From the NCBI GenBank assembly GCA_963767735.1, contig CAVYES010000008.1, positions 1 through 64,000 on the forward strand: DNA of 64,000 bases, given 5' to 3'. The notes below the pieces were generated by a model. The model had not been told where the DNA came from and ran no database searches. It saw only the letters and a program-made list of their open reading frames with translations. Positions 22,341 to 33,278 of the stretch are shown piece after piece. Position 1 is the stretch's first letter, and the number at the start of each line of letters is the position of its first letter. The translations under genes and the position numbers were made by a program. This stretch comes from Candidatus Bathyarchaeota archaeon (lineage in GTDB: Archaea; Thermoproteota; Bathyarchaeia; Bathyarchaeales; Bathycorpusculaceae).

Positions 22341-24652
22341 CTATCCCCCGACTAGAGTGGCATTAGCTTTAACCTTAAAGATGGCAACTTCATTGTTAAT
22401 AAATACAAGGTTAAATGCGGGGTCATCAGCAAATTTGGGGTTTAATTCAAAATCGCGATTTGCAATATAGGAAACTGAATATTCTTGCATAGCTGCTTGG
22501 TAATCGAACGTGGTCATAGGCAAAGCGACAGTTGGTTTTTGGGCGGTTTGAACATTATCGGTTATTGTTTTGTTGAGGCTTGCTGGGTTTTGTAGGTCAG
22601 TTTCGGAAACTGGGTAGATTCCAACTAAAATTTGAATTTCTGCTGTAGTTTTGCCTTGTAAATTGTAGGATAATTCTGTAACGCATGGATTTTCTGAATT
22701 AAATGAGGAAATTTCTGGCTGATTTTCAACAAAAATTAATTGGCCACATTCCTTCATGCCAACATCTAACATTGCAACAGTATTTCCACTTGGTTGCAGA
22801 AATTCGCCTTGGGAGTTTAAAATGAAATTAACCCAATCCAAGGAAACATTCGGATTGTTACTCTGGATTGCTATAGTCATATTTGCGAAGGTAACTCCTT
22901 TTGAAACGGTTAAAATTTCTGAGTAATTGAAGTCGCTGTTTCCTTTGTTAACGATAATTGAGGGATTATCAGTTTGCGCGCCGACAAGTTGCATGTTAGT
23001 TACAGGTATCTGTGTTATGTCAGTGGATTGAACAGATCCACCATTCTGAGAAAGCAGAGTAATCTCGCTATCATTAAACTGAAAGAACGAGTAGGGAAAA
23101 GGGGTCCAGTTAAGGTCAGCTAAAAACTCAGGGTTATGTCTACCAATGTATCCGCCATCTTCCCTAACCTGAATGTAACCATTATCAATTATGTAATCCG
23201 TATCAAGCAGATTAGCAGCAACAGTGGCTACGGGCAACTCTTGGTCAACCGTTAAATATTGTGGGGAAACCGCGCTTAAAGTTGGTCGCTGAGCAAACCC
23301 GCCAAGCCACCACCCGTAAAGAGCATCTGAAACAAACACTGAGCCAACTGGCGTGTTTTGCTTAGCCCACTGTATTGCTTGATAGCCAGGGTTGTTCATA
23401 ACTTGGTAGAAACTTTGAATTGTGACGCCTTCCCAAGGAGTCAGAAAGAGCGGAAAGACGAAGAGCAGGATAAGCAAGAAGCCCAATAAAAAGGTAGAAT
23501 AAATTGTTTTATGGGTTATCCGAGTTGAGATTCTCGATCTTAGACTTGTTTACGCTCTTCTTTGTTTTCTGTATTTGGCTGGTTAAAGCACGGTAGGTAT
23601 CTATTGCTTGTGCAAAGTATCCTGAGGCGTGATCAATCATCACAGCGAAGAGTATTATGACTGGTAAAACTAGGAAGTATAGAAACCGATTATAATCCAC
23701 AAAAAGCCCAAACATGAACCCTTGTGTTAACACTAAAGGAACTAAAAGCCACATGATAAGGAGAAACACTGGAAGCGAAAAAAATCGTCCTTTGTATTTT
23801 TTCGATAACAGAAAATACGGCAAAAAACAAGCAAAAAGTGCTAACACTATATCAAGAGGAACTACTCGCGTTGCAAGCAATGCTTGGTTAATTTCAGTAA
23901 CTTCGGTAAATGATGAGTTGGCACTTAAATATGCGGGCACTGCATTTCGCTAGAAAAGGCGAAACAAGGACGGCTCCGCCAAATAGTGGCAGCAACCAAT
24001 AGAGGACATTTTTTCTTGATGTACCGAACGTTTTAGGTGAAACCATTACACATAGCACAGTGCCCACTGTTATACCTACGAAAACGGCCGCGCTTAAAGA
24101 GTGAGTTAAAAATATTGAGCCAGCTAAAATAGAGGTTGATACAAGAAAAGGCGTTAGCGAAAATCTGTCTCTTTGAAGAAACAGATAGAAAGTTACTGGA
24201 ATCAGAAGTAATGTGATTACGTTGGGGTAGCCTCCCCACATGAGCATTTCTACATCATAACTTGAGACTGCCACTAAAAACGCAACGATTAAAGCGGCTG
24301 ATTCACTCCATACAGTTCGAGTTATCAAGTAAGCGCACAAAACAATAAGCGAAGAGAATAAAGCCACAATAATCGTCTGCGCCAGATAATCAGGCATTCC
24401 AGTCATCAGTATTATTCCTGCAGCGAAAATGTGGTATCCTGGAAAAGTCAAGGACACGCCTCCGCCCATCTGGTAGAAATCCGTTAGGAAATTTGTGTTA
24501 CCTGACTGTGTAATTGAGTTGATGACGCTGGCGTGTAAGCCAATATCAGCGCCTGGCGGAAATGTTTGCCAAAGCATTAGAATTATACGGTAAATAAACG
24601 CGAAAGCAAAAATTAGCAATAGCAAGACATGCTTTTTGGTTGCTTTGAACAT
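22341..24652 (-). CDS. Large GT-C-fold membrane glycosyltransferase-like protein (paralog 1), frameshifted into 3 ORFs
   Basis: GADIGLH loop, WGGYPN, THS, RFLYFL; same architecture as the neighbouring gene. Confidence 0.75.
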
Positions 24653-24769
24653 TTACCCCCCGCCTTTCCGATTTTTATCCTTTCGCATTCGATGAAATTA
24701 TTAGTCAAGCTTAAATATGAAATTCGAGTATAAAAAGCCCAGAGTAATAAAAGGAAAAAAGGTGTTTAA

Positions 24770-25204
24770 ATGTCATGGCTTAAATCTATGATGGAAAAAG
24801 AGCCTCCAGAACCAGAGAACCCATTGGGGATAATTGTAATAGGCAACATTGAACCAGACATGCATGACACAGCAAAAGAAGCAGTCAGAAGGTCACTAAA
24901 ACGCGCAGGATTCAAAACAATTGACGTCGGAAAAAGCGTTGCACCGCAAGTTTTCGTTGATAAAGCAAGAGAAAACAATGCGAACATAATCGCAATTTCA
25001 GTAAACACAGTGCCTGCAAAAAACAATCTAGCAAAACTAGATGAAGCATTGAAGGCAGCCGGATTAAAAGGCAAAGTCGCAATAATCATGGGCGGCGCTG
25101 CAGTCAAAAAAGAAGACGCTGACGCATTAGGCGCACTATTCGGTAAGAACAAAGAAGAGGCACCCGAGTTAGCAAAGAAAGCTATGGGTATGATTAAGAA
25201 ATAA
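24770..25204 (+). CDS. Stand-alone cobalamin-binding (corrinoid) protein
   Basis: GNIEPDMHDTAK (DxHxxG variant), AGFKTIDVG..V, IIAIS, IMGGAAV. Confidence 0.88.
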   Translation: MSWLKSMMEKEPPEPENPLGIIVIGNIEPDMHDTAKEAVRRSLKRAGFKTIDVGKSVAPQVFVDKARENNANIIAISVNTVPAKNNLAKLDEALKAAGLKGKVAIIMGGAAVKKEDADALGALFGKNKEEAPELAKKAMGMIKK

Positions 25205-25215
25205 ATCCATCAGAT

Positions 25216-26137
25216 GTGGAAAAAATGTCCTTTAAATTCAATACGAAACAAAATATCTACACTGTAGGAAAAGCTAAAGTAGGCGGTCAGCCAGGGGAAT
25301 TACCCACTTTTCTGATTGGCTCTATCTTTTGGCTAGGCCAGAAAATGGTTCAAGATGCAAACAAAGGGATTTTTGATGCGAAAGAGGCAGAAAAAATAAT
25401 TAATACGATGCAAACTCAAAGTGACATTACTGGTGTACAATTCGCTTTCGACATTGTTGGAACAACTGATTTAGCTTTTGAGAAGTACATTGACTTCGTA
25501 TCAAAGCACAGTGATGCACCACTGATGCTTGATGCCATGAGCCCAAAGACACGTATGACGGCAGCTACAATGGCTAAAAAAATGGGTCTTTCAGACAGAT
25601 GCTTATACAACTCAGTGTACAAAGGCGTTACCGATGCTGAATTGGCGAATTTGAAGGAAAGCGGAGTCAAAATGTCTATAGTGCTCGCTGATAATCCAAA
25701 AGATAATACCCATCGAAGGAAAGATGGCTGTTATAGAAGAAGCATTAGCATTGGCTGCAAAAGGTGGAATCACAAAGCCTCTAATCGACACAGGAATTCC
25801 CGCATTCGCTCCAGACATGGGCACTGCAGTAAGAACCATACCCATAATGAAAGAGAAGTATGGTCACCCAGTAGGATTAGGCAGCGGAAACGTTGTCACA
25901 ACCATGGGTTGGGTTAAAGCGAACTTTGCCAAAGAATTCCGCCCCGGATGCAGAACCGCAACCAACGCAATAATGCAAACAGTAGGCGCAAACTGGCTAA
26001 TGATCGGACCCGCAGAACAGGCAGAATGGGTATTCCCAGCAGTTGCAGTAACTGACACATACATCGCATCAGCCGCAGGCGACCTTGGAACAAGACCAAT
26101 AGAAGAAACTCATCCAATCTACAAAGCCTTCATGTAA
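25216..26137 (+). CDS. mtrH: MtrH-family methyl-pterin:corrinoid methyltransferase, frameshift near 25712
   Basis: KVGGQPGELPTFLIGSIF, PLMLD, LYNS, PLIDTG, GHPVGLGSGN, GANWLMIGP. Confidence 0.88.
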
Positions 26138-26234
26138 ACTTCTTCCTTTATTTTTTATTTTAAAACGTTTGAAGTGTTAAAAACTGAAACCAGTCAGATG
26201 GCTCGAAATTATCGTTGTTTTCACAGCTTTAACC

Positions 26235-26576
26235 TTGCTATTAACTTATTTTATACCGGGCAACTCGTTGTTTGCTGTTTTTCGCTATGTTTTCGGTTTT
26301 GTTTTTGTCGCGTTTTTGCCCGGTTACTGTTTAGTTAACATTCTGTTTATGAATAGAAACAAGCTTGATTTAGTAGAAGAAATGGTATTGTCGGTTGCGT
26401 TAAGCTTTGGCTTAGATGGGCTTGTAGGTTTATTTTTAGGTCTCTCACCAATCGGGATTAACTTCACTTCAATAACAATTTCGCTTAGTGCTGTGGTTTT
26501 AGTTTTTGCGGCAGTTGTTTTTATTAGAAGGGTAAGAGAGCTTCATGCGCAAACGCTTCAGCAAGTAAGCGCCTGA
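26235..26576 (+). CDS. DUF1616-type membrane protein (N-terminus may extend to about 26175)
   Basis: FVAFLPGY.L..ILF.....LD.VE..VLSVALS. Confidence 0.75.
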   Translation: MLLTYFIPGNSLFAVFRYVFGFVFVAFLPGYCLVNILFMNRNKLDLVEEMVLSVALSFGLDGLVGLFLGLSPIGINFTSITISLSAVVLVFAAVVFIRRVRELHAQTLQQVSA

Positions 26577-26801
26577 GGTTTTATGGAGAAATATTCCAAA
26601 AGTTAAAGCTGAAGTTTGTCAGTTGCGGCGATCTGCTTCAAGCTACAACCTGTTTCTGTTGCCTCCGTTGATAGGATTGGAAATTGGTGTTTCAACATTT
26701 TTTTGTCTCTAAACTTCTTAACCCTGTTTTTCCTGCCAGCTAAGAAAACATTATATTGTATTCAAACGTAGAAATCCATCTGCAGAAGGGCATACTTCAA
26801 C

Positions 26802-28188
26802 ATGAAAATTACGCTAGTTAATCCTCCTTATCCGCTAAGCGTACATTCACATCCACCATTCATTCCGCTGGGCCTTGCGTATTTAGGTGCGGTTGCAGAA
26901 AAAGCAGGCCACGACGTCACAGTTATCGATTGTCAAGCAGAAAAACTCAGCTACGATGCCTTTCGCCAAAGAATCAGCAAAATTCCATCAGACATTATCG
27001 GGGTAACAGCCACAACCTTACTCTATAAATCTGCAATGCAGTTAATCAATATAGCCAGAGAAGCCCATCCGAATGCTGTAACGATGCTTGGCGGTTCACA
27101 TGGCACCTTCTGGGATGAAAATGCGCTCAATGAATATCCGAGCTTAGATATAGTTGTGCGCAGGGAAGGCGAAGCAACCTTCATAGAACTCCTTGAAGAG
27201 CTTCGAACGGAAAGCAGCTTAGATAAAGTTTTAGGCATTACTTTTCGCAACAAAGAAGGCAAAGTCAACCGGACCCCAGACAGACCTTTCCTTGAAGATT
27301 TAGATGCCCTTCCTTTTCCAGCACACCATCTTCTGCCGCTTGACTCATTGAAACGAATGGGCAAAATACTTTTCCCGCTGATCACAAGCCGAGGCTGCGT
27401 TTACTGGTGTGACTTCTGCAGCACCGTCCGCATGTTCGGCAGAGGATACCGCATGCGCAGCCCCAAAAACGTGGTGGACGAGATGGAGTTAGTTCACAAG
27501 AAGTATGGTATAAACCAAGTCACCTTTTACGATGATGCCTTCACAGTCAACCGAGAACGAGTTGTGAAAATCTGCGAAGAGCTACACCAGAGAAAACTGG
27601 ATATGATGTGGGACTGCGGAACACGTGTGGACATGGTTGATCGCGAACTCCTCGAAACCATGCGTGGCGCGGGTTGCATAGCGGTTTGGCTAGGAGTTGA
27701 ATCAGGCTCTGAAGCTATCTTAGGCGCCATGAACAAACGCATAAAACTCAACCAGACACGCTTAGCCTACAAAACCGCCCATGACGTTGGATTAATGACC
27801 ATAGCCAACGTTGTACTGGGTTTCCCAGGCGAAACAGAGCAAACCGCCCGAAAAACCATAAACTTCGTTAAAGAATTGAATCCTGATGATGTAGGCTTCT
27901 ATGTCGCGACACCTTACCCTGGCACGCCAATGTACGAGCAGGTTATCAAGAACGGCTGGTTAAGAGTCACTGACTTCAACAAATACGACACCGCCACACC
28001 AACCTTCGAAACACCGTCGCTTAGCATAAAGAAACTAGGCAGAAATCCGCTACAAGGCATACCAAGAATTTTACCTGCGGCCAGGCTACGTTCTGAAGAT
28101 GATGCGAAGAGGCGGAACCTACGGCATCTCAGCCGTCAAAACATCAGCTGCCTACGGACTCAGAGCCATGCACATCAAACTCTCATAA
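26802..28188 (+). CDS. B12-binding-domain (class B) radical SAM protein, frameshift near 28040
   Basis: LVNPP, PLGLAYL, TSRGCVYWCDFC, GVESG, ATPYPGT; alternate frame gives EFYLRPGYVLKM... ending at TAA 28188, matching paralog 8694. Confidence 0.92.
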
Positions 28189-28539
28189 CTTTCAAAATTT
28201 TTAATTTTATGAAAGCATTTGTGTGGCTGGTTTTTGCCACAAATATTAGGGGTACCCTGTAGGTAGCAGCGCTTGTGTGTGCACAAGCCCACCCTCCGGT
28301 CTACTAGATGATCCTATTAGACGCCAAACATGATTCAAAATAGTTCAACATAGACGCGAGGTCCCGCACTTTCAACATAAAATGGTTCTTTTCTATGTAC
28401 AATTTGGCCCAATCAACATAGACTTACCGTAGGATAGTTTGTTATTAGGTTGACCTATTTTTGATTAAGAGAAAGTATTGCTAGATAAAATATCTGTTTG
28501 ATTAGAGCAAAAAAACTCAAATACGAAAAAGTGTGGATG

Positions 28540-29445
28540 CTATGCTTTTAGCATCTTTTCCCATCGGTTGAAGAGTTCTAAGACTTCGTCGCCGTTGTGG
28601 TCTTTGAGGAACTCACGTTTCTCTTTGTTGGCAACGCATTTCTTTTGGAACTCGCGGATGTAGTCAGCTTTCTCTGCTAGGAAGATTATGCCGTCGACTC
28701 CTTGCCTTGCAACGCGTGTGGCAACCGTCATGATTTGATCTGCCGGTGCAACAGTGTCCCATGTTTCGTTTGGACCGCGTACATAAAAGTTCACCATGAC
28801 TGGTTTCTTTAGGAAGCTCTTGTAGCCTCTTGCAATAGTTTCCCAATACCACGGAGTTGGGTAAGCCTTACTGAACATCGGGATAACGAAGTAATCAGCG
28901 TATTGTGCCATGGCTTCAAAGTCATAGCCAAAGCGTTCTTTGCCCATCAAAGGATCAGGGAGACAGTTAACGAAGAGAGGTTTACCTGAAACTACTTCTT
29001 TGACTTCGGCAAGGAAGTCAGTCACTGTTTTTGCGCGCCACGCAACCCAGCTCAAACCGCTCTTCGCCTGCTCTTTGACGCATCTTGGGCAGGTGCAAAA
29101 GCCTTGGTCTGCGAAGTGTTGGCTGCTGATGCTTATGCCAGGGGTGACTTTGGCGCTTTCAGCGATGATCTTTAAGTTGTATTCCCTTGCTTCCGGGTTA
29201 GTCATGCATACGACGTCCCAGCGAAGGTTAAACCTTTTATTGGTGCGGAGCGATGGACCCCAGGAGCTCACGGAAACCCAATCGGGGCGTTTTGCCGCCA
29301 TGAAGTTGTCGCCGAAGCATGCGATGTTAGTGTACATTTCAGGGTTAGGTTTTCCAACGATTCCAGACTCTGATTTTAAACGGTAAAAGTTGTAGTCGAC
29401 GCCTTCAACAGGCTCGGGTTGATAAAGAAATACGCCGAATTTCAA
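28540..29445 (-). CDS. Uncharacterised barrel-like protein with CxCxxC motif (paralog of 30849..31733)
   Basis: WDVVCMTNP, HFADQGFCTCPRC, WVAWRAKTVTDF, PDP..KERFG.D. Confidence 0.8.
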   Translation of the reverse strand: MKFGVFLYQPEPVEGVDYNFYRLKSESGIVGKPNPEMYTNIACFGDNFMAAKRPDWVSVSSWGPSLRTNKRFNLRWDVVCMTNPEAREYNLKIIAESAKVTPGISISSQHFADQGFCTCPRCVKEQAKSGLSWVAWRAKTVTDFLAEVKEVVSGKPLFVNCLPDPLMGKERFGYDFEAMAQYADYFVIPMFSKAYPTPWYWETIARGYKSFLKKPVMVNFYVRGPNETWDTVAPADQIMTVATRVARQGVDGIIFLAEKADYIREFQKKCVANKEKREFLKDHNGDEVLELFNRWEKMLKA

Positions 29446-29500
29446 GTTTTAAATTCCCCATTATAGCTTGTTTTACCTACCGAATAAAATCGCAAGTTAT

Positions 29501-30553
29501 TTAAGTCTTTTCAGTTTTAACCTCAGTAAAAGCTTCCCTAACAATCTTGATTAACACCTGTTTTAGAAAAGGCGGCAAATCAACTGAATCATACCCAAGC
29601 GACTTAGAGCCACCCTCGGTGCTTAAGGCTGAGTTGCCAAAGCACCTGCTTAGGTCAGAAGCTTCCCCAAGTTCGACCGGCAACAGGTTCTTTTCTACGT
29701 CGTCATCAAGCTTAGCAGCCGCCAACAGATAAGTCAAAGCAAGCGGTTTATTCTTCAAAATTTCAGACAACTTCTCAGCGTCAACAGCTAAGCCATCGAC
29801 TTTAGATATCTCAACTGCTAGCTTTTCCAGAGGAAGATGTCTCTCTTTAAGTCTATCCAGCACTGTTCGGTTAGCCCAAATTGGCTCCTGTTTCAAGAGG
29901 GCTTCTGTAACGGCTTTTCTTGTGCAGTATCCTACGGCTTTGCCGAGTTTTGACGCTGGTCCGCCATAATAGATGACTTTGCCTTTGCATGGTGAAGCTA
30001 CCGTAACGCTGTCAGTTATTGAGCCGGTGGCTGAGTCTCCAGTGTAGAGGCTGCGGACATCTAAATCTCTGAGTGCCGCCGACTTTGCTTCGGTGGCTGT
30101 AATCAGTGAAGCCACCATGCAGCTGTCGGTCGGGTTCGCGTCGATTAGTACTATAATGTTTATTGTGCCGCGGATTTCTTGAACATCCATCTCTTCGCCT
30201 GAGGATTCTCCATGTTTGCAGCCTGCAGTTGCGGCAACGCTGACTGAAAAATCGTCTAGCTTTCTGGTTATGAGGCTGTAGTTTTGGATTTTTGCGGCAG
30301 TTACCATCGCAAGATAGTCTTTTGTGAACCCTAGCTTTGCTGCCGATGAAGTGATTAATTCAAGTGGGTCAAGGTGCAGGGAACGGTCATTGTACCCTTC
30401 CGGCACGCCTACATTGAGGACAGCTTTAACCTGTTTGAACCCACCATTATAAAATGCTGAACTTACGGTTTTTAAAGCACTATCACAAAATACGGCTAGC
30501 ACATTGTCTTTGATAATTAATTTAGTGTTATCTGCGAGGTTAAACTGTTTCAT
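29501..30553 (-). CDS. cbiZ: Adenosylcobinamide amidohydrolase with C-terminal helical extension
   Basis: SSAFYNGG, MVTAA, ATAG, GTINII, ITATEAKSAAL, ATGSITD. Confidence 0.88.
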   Translation of the reverse strand: MKQFNLADNTKLIIKDNVLAVFCDSALKTVSSAFYNGGFKQVKAVLNVGVPEGYNDRSLHLDPLELITSSAAKLGFTKDYLAMVTAAKIQNYSLITRKLDDFSVSVAATAGCKHGESSGEEMDVQEIRGTINIIVLIDANPTDSCMVASLITATEAKSAALRDLDVRSLYTGDSATGSITDSVTVASPCKGKVIYYGGPASKLGKAVGYCTRKAVTEALLKQEPIWANRTVLDRLKERHLPLEKLAVEISKVDGLAVDAEKLSEILKNKPLALTYLLAAAKLDDDVEKNLLPVELGEASDLSRCFGNSALSTEGGSKSLGYDSVDLPPFLKQVLIKIVREAFTEVKTEKT

Positions 30554-30578
30554 GCCAGCCTGCCTTCTAAGCAGTCTC

Positions 30579-30788
30579 TTAGGGCTTGCTTATAGTAATG
30601 GCTTTTGCTGGGCACAGATTTACGCAAACACCACACTTCGTGCACTGAACGACATCAATGACTTGGGGCTTTCGATTTTTTCCTTCTTCAAGCGCACCTT
30701 GCGGACAAACACCGATACAGATGAGCCCTGCACAGGAACTACATTTAGCCAAGTCAATCAGAATAGATGATTTCTGCTGCTTGCCCAT
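30579..30788 (-). CDS. 2x[4Fe-4S] ferredoxin
   Basis: CSSCAGLICIGVCP and CTKCGVCVNLCP. Confidence 0.9.
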   Translation of the reverse strand: MGKQQKSSILIDLAKCSSCAGLICIGVCPQGALEEGKNRKPQVIDVVQCTKCGVCVNLCPAKAITISKP

Positions 30789-30848
30789 GCGAATCAAATC
30801 TTAGTGAAGCGCCAAGAATATATTGTTTGCGCGCACAGAATAAAGACC

Positions 30849-31733
30849 ATGCAGATAGGCTTAGTTACATACAAGCCCGAGAAAGTTGAGGGCTATGAGT
30901 TCAACGTTTACTACTCAAAATGGGCAGACGGCCAAGCTTTTCCAGCAGCAAAAGACATGCAAAACGACGTAACTGTCTTCTGCGACGCTAAAGCAATACG
31001 CGAAGACCCAAGCATCGTTGCCCTCTCAAACTTTGGTCCAGCACTTAGAAAGAATAGGCGGTCCAATTTTCCTTTTGATTATGTCTGCCCGACTCATCCA
31101 GAGTACAGAGCGAAAGTTTTGAGTTATATTGGCAGCTTAAGCAAAGAACACATTACGGGCGTAACATTAAATCTTTATCATTTTCCTGACCAAGAATACT
31201 GCGTTTGTCCCAGATGCACTGAGCAGTGGAAGAAAAGTGGCTTAACTTGGACAGAGTGGAGAGCCCAGACGGTAACTAAATTTGTCTCTGACGCTAAGGC
31301 GCTTGTGAAGGGCAAGTTCGCAGTTGAAATTTATCCGGACCCTGTGCTTTCAAAGGAAAGGTTCGGTTTAGACCTAGAAGCCATTGGCGACCTTGTAGAT
31401 TATTTCCATGTGCCTCTTTCATCAAGAGATTACTTTACTAATTACTGGGCAGTCACGTTGGCAAGAGACTTTGTAGCCCTGCTAAAGAAGCCTGTAGTTT
31501 TAGAATTAAGCGCGGAAATGCCAACCGACGAAAAGCTCGATGCATTGCTAAAGACGGTGGCATATGTTTCAAGGCTCAAGCTGGATGCCGTATTGCTGCT
31601 GGTGCATGATTCCGAGAACGCCCGGCAGGTTTGCAGTTATGCGGTTCAGAACCGTGACTTAAGAGACTGGTTTGAGAAGTACTGTTTTGAAGAAATGACT
31701 CGAATAGTGGATGGATGGGCTAAACTCTACTAA
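30849..31733 (+). CDS. Uncharacterised barrel-like protein with CxCxxC motif (paralog of 28540..29445)
   Basis: FDYVCPTHP, HFPDQEYCVCPRC, WTEWRAQTVTKF, PDP..KERFG.D; start placed at the ATG 30849 by paralog alignment. Confidence 0.8.
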   Translation: MQIGLVTYKPEKVEGYEFNVYYSKWADGQAFPAAKDMQNDVTVFCDAKAIREDPSIVALSNFGPALRKNRRSNFPFDYVCPTHPEYRAKVLSYIGSLSKEHITGVTLNLYHFPDQEYCVCPRCTEQWKKSGLTWTEWRAQTVTKFVSDAKALVKGKFAVEIYPDPVLSKERFGLDLEAIGDLVDYFHVPLSSRDYFTNYWAVTLARDFVALLKKPVVLELSAEMPTDEKLDALLKTVAYVSRLKLDAVLLLVHDSENARQVCSYAVQNRDLRDWFEKYCFEEMTRIVDGWAKLY

Positions 31734-31747
31734 GAAAAGGTTAGCCG

Positions 31748-32437
31748 CTATTTGATACAGTAAAAGCCTGCTTGCATGTAGGAGCACCAAAGCATCTCGA
31801 CGGTTGAGAAACCCGCTTTTCTTAGTAGCGAAAGATGTTCTTCTATTGTTATCGGATGATATTCAACATCGAATCTTTCCAAGTGCTTTTGAACGGCTGC
31901 CAAGTCTTTTCCTTTTGAAAGCTGAAAGTTTTTCCAATTTTCTTTGCCTATTTTGACGCCCTCAGTCGTGAAAGGACGGATGTTTTCAAAGGTAACGTAA
32001 ACGCCTCTTGGTGTGAGTAATTCAAAGCAGACGTCAGTAGCTCTAATTCGTTCCTTAGGGGAAATGTAATGGTGGGATTGTATAGCGGTGATAACATCAG
32101 GACTTACCATATTCTTGGGCAAGTCTTGGGTGCTTGATGGTTCCAAGAATTGAACCCTGCCGTTTGGAGCGTTTGCCAGCTTTTTCTTGGCATTGTTTAG
32201 CATTTCTTGTGATGGGTCAGCAAGAAGGAAGTTGGTGCCTAAAAATATAGAGAGAGCCTTTTGTGCAAGTGTGCCAGTTCCGCAACCAGTATCCAACCAG
32301 TTTTCGGGCTCAAAACGCATGGCTTTTATCAAGTTGATGGTTTCTTGATGAAAAACATCGTAATAAGGAATTGTGTTGCGGACTTGTGAGTCGTAATCGC
32401 CTGCTGGGTGGGGAGTAGAATTATCTAACTTTACCAT
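31748..32437 (-). CDS. Class I SAM-dependent methyltransferase (CmoA-like)
   Basis: YD..VRNTIPYY, WLDTGCGTG, DPSQEML, SHHY, LRKAGF. Confidence 0.88.
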   Translation of the reverse strand: MVKLDNSTPHPAGDYDSQVRNTIPYYDVFHQETINLIKAMRFEPENWLDTGCGTGTLAQKALSIFLGTNFLLADPSQEMLNNAKKKLANAPNGRVQFLEPSSTQDLPKNMVSPDVITAIQSHHYISPKERIRATDVCFELLTPRGVYVTFENIRPFTTEGVKIGKENWKNFQLSKGKDLAAVQKHLERFDVEYHPITIEEHLSLLRKAGFSTVEMLWCSYMQAGFYCIK

Positions 32438-32516
32438 ATGCTCTCTTTCCCAGTAAGAGATGAATTGCTTTTCGTTTTAACTTTTACGCTCGTAACTTAA
32501 CAAAAGAGTGCAGAGC

Positions 32517-33278
32517 TTATTTTCTGATTATTTTTTTCAGGGTTTTTCTGTATTCTCTTAGCCGCCGCATGTCTAGGTATCGTGTCAAAATCGAGTCTTC
32601 TGGCGCATCGGTTACTTCACCAAGTATGCCCCATGGAGCAATAATTGCGCTTCTTCCACCTCTCATGCTGGAGCACACGTTTCCCACCTTAAGCAGAAAC
32701 AAGCCATAATCGCGTGCAATCTGCTCAGTTAACGGGTGACCTTTCACTGTTGGGTGGGTGCCCATTGCTGCAACGGGTAGAGAAAGAATTTCCGCGCCCA
32801 AGTCGGCTGTGCGTTTTACAAGGTCGGGGTCAAATGTGTCAGCACACACCAGTAATCCAATTTTGCCGATTTCCGTGTCGACTACAAGAGGTTGAGTGCC
32901 TTTGGCAACGCCAGCTTTGATTTCAGCTTGAATAGGATTTATTTTTTTGTACTTAGCTAAAAGAGAACCGTTCTTCCAAAATGTGCTTGTGTTATAATAT
33001 TTCCCATTATCTTCTTCAAGCACTGAACCGCCCAACAAGTAAATATCGGGGATTTCCTTAGAAATTTCAGTCAGAAAATTCAGAGTTTCTTTGCAGGTTT
33101 CCTTGGAAATGCGTGATGCATCAGTGAAGTCTGCCATGCAATTTGGAACGGTGAAGTATTCAGGCAGAGCGATTAAGGCTGGCTTTTGCTTGGCGGCTTT
33201 TTGGATAGATGTTTTGGCTGCTGCTATATTTTCTTGAAGTGAGTTTCGTATTTTCATGTGAAGTAGGCTTGTCTTCAA
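32517..33278 (-). CDS. Carbon-nitrogen hydrolase (nitrilase/amidase family)
   Basis: Catalytic triad contexts LPEY, YKKI, VCAD; GRSAIIAPWG. Confidence 0.9.
   Translation of the reverse strand: MKTSLLHMKIRNSLQENIAAAKTSIQKAAKQKPALIALPEYFTVPNCMADFTDASRISKETCKETLNFLTEISKEIPDIYLLGGSVLEEDNGKYYNTSTFWKNGSLLAKYKKINPIQAEIKAGVAKGTQPLVVDTEIGKIGLLVCADTFDPDLVKRTADLGAEILSLPVAAMGTHPTVKGHPLTEQIARDYGLFLLKVGNVCSSMRGGRSAIIAPWGILGEVTDAPEDSILTRYLDMRRLREYRKTLKKIIRK

Noticed and set aside
24770-26137. Evidence of methanogenesis from mtrH
   Set aside because: There are no mtrA-G or mcr genes; lone MtrH homologs are common in non-methanogens.
28344-28423. TCAACATA(GAC) x3 between convergent genes
   Set aside because: Spacing is irregular and the location is not a promoter; the evidence is insufficient.
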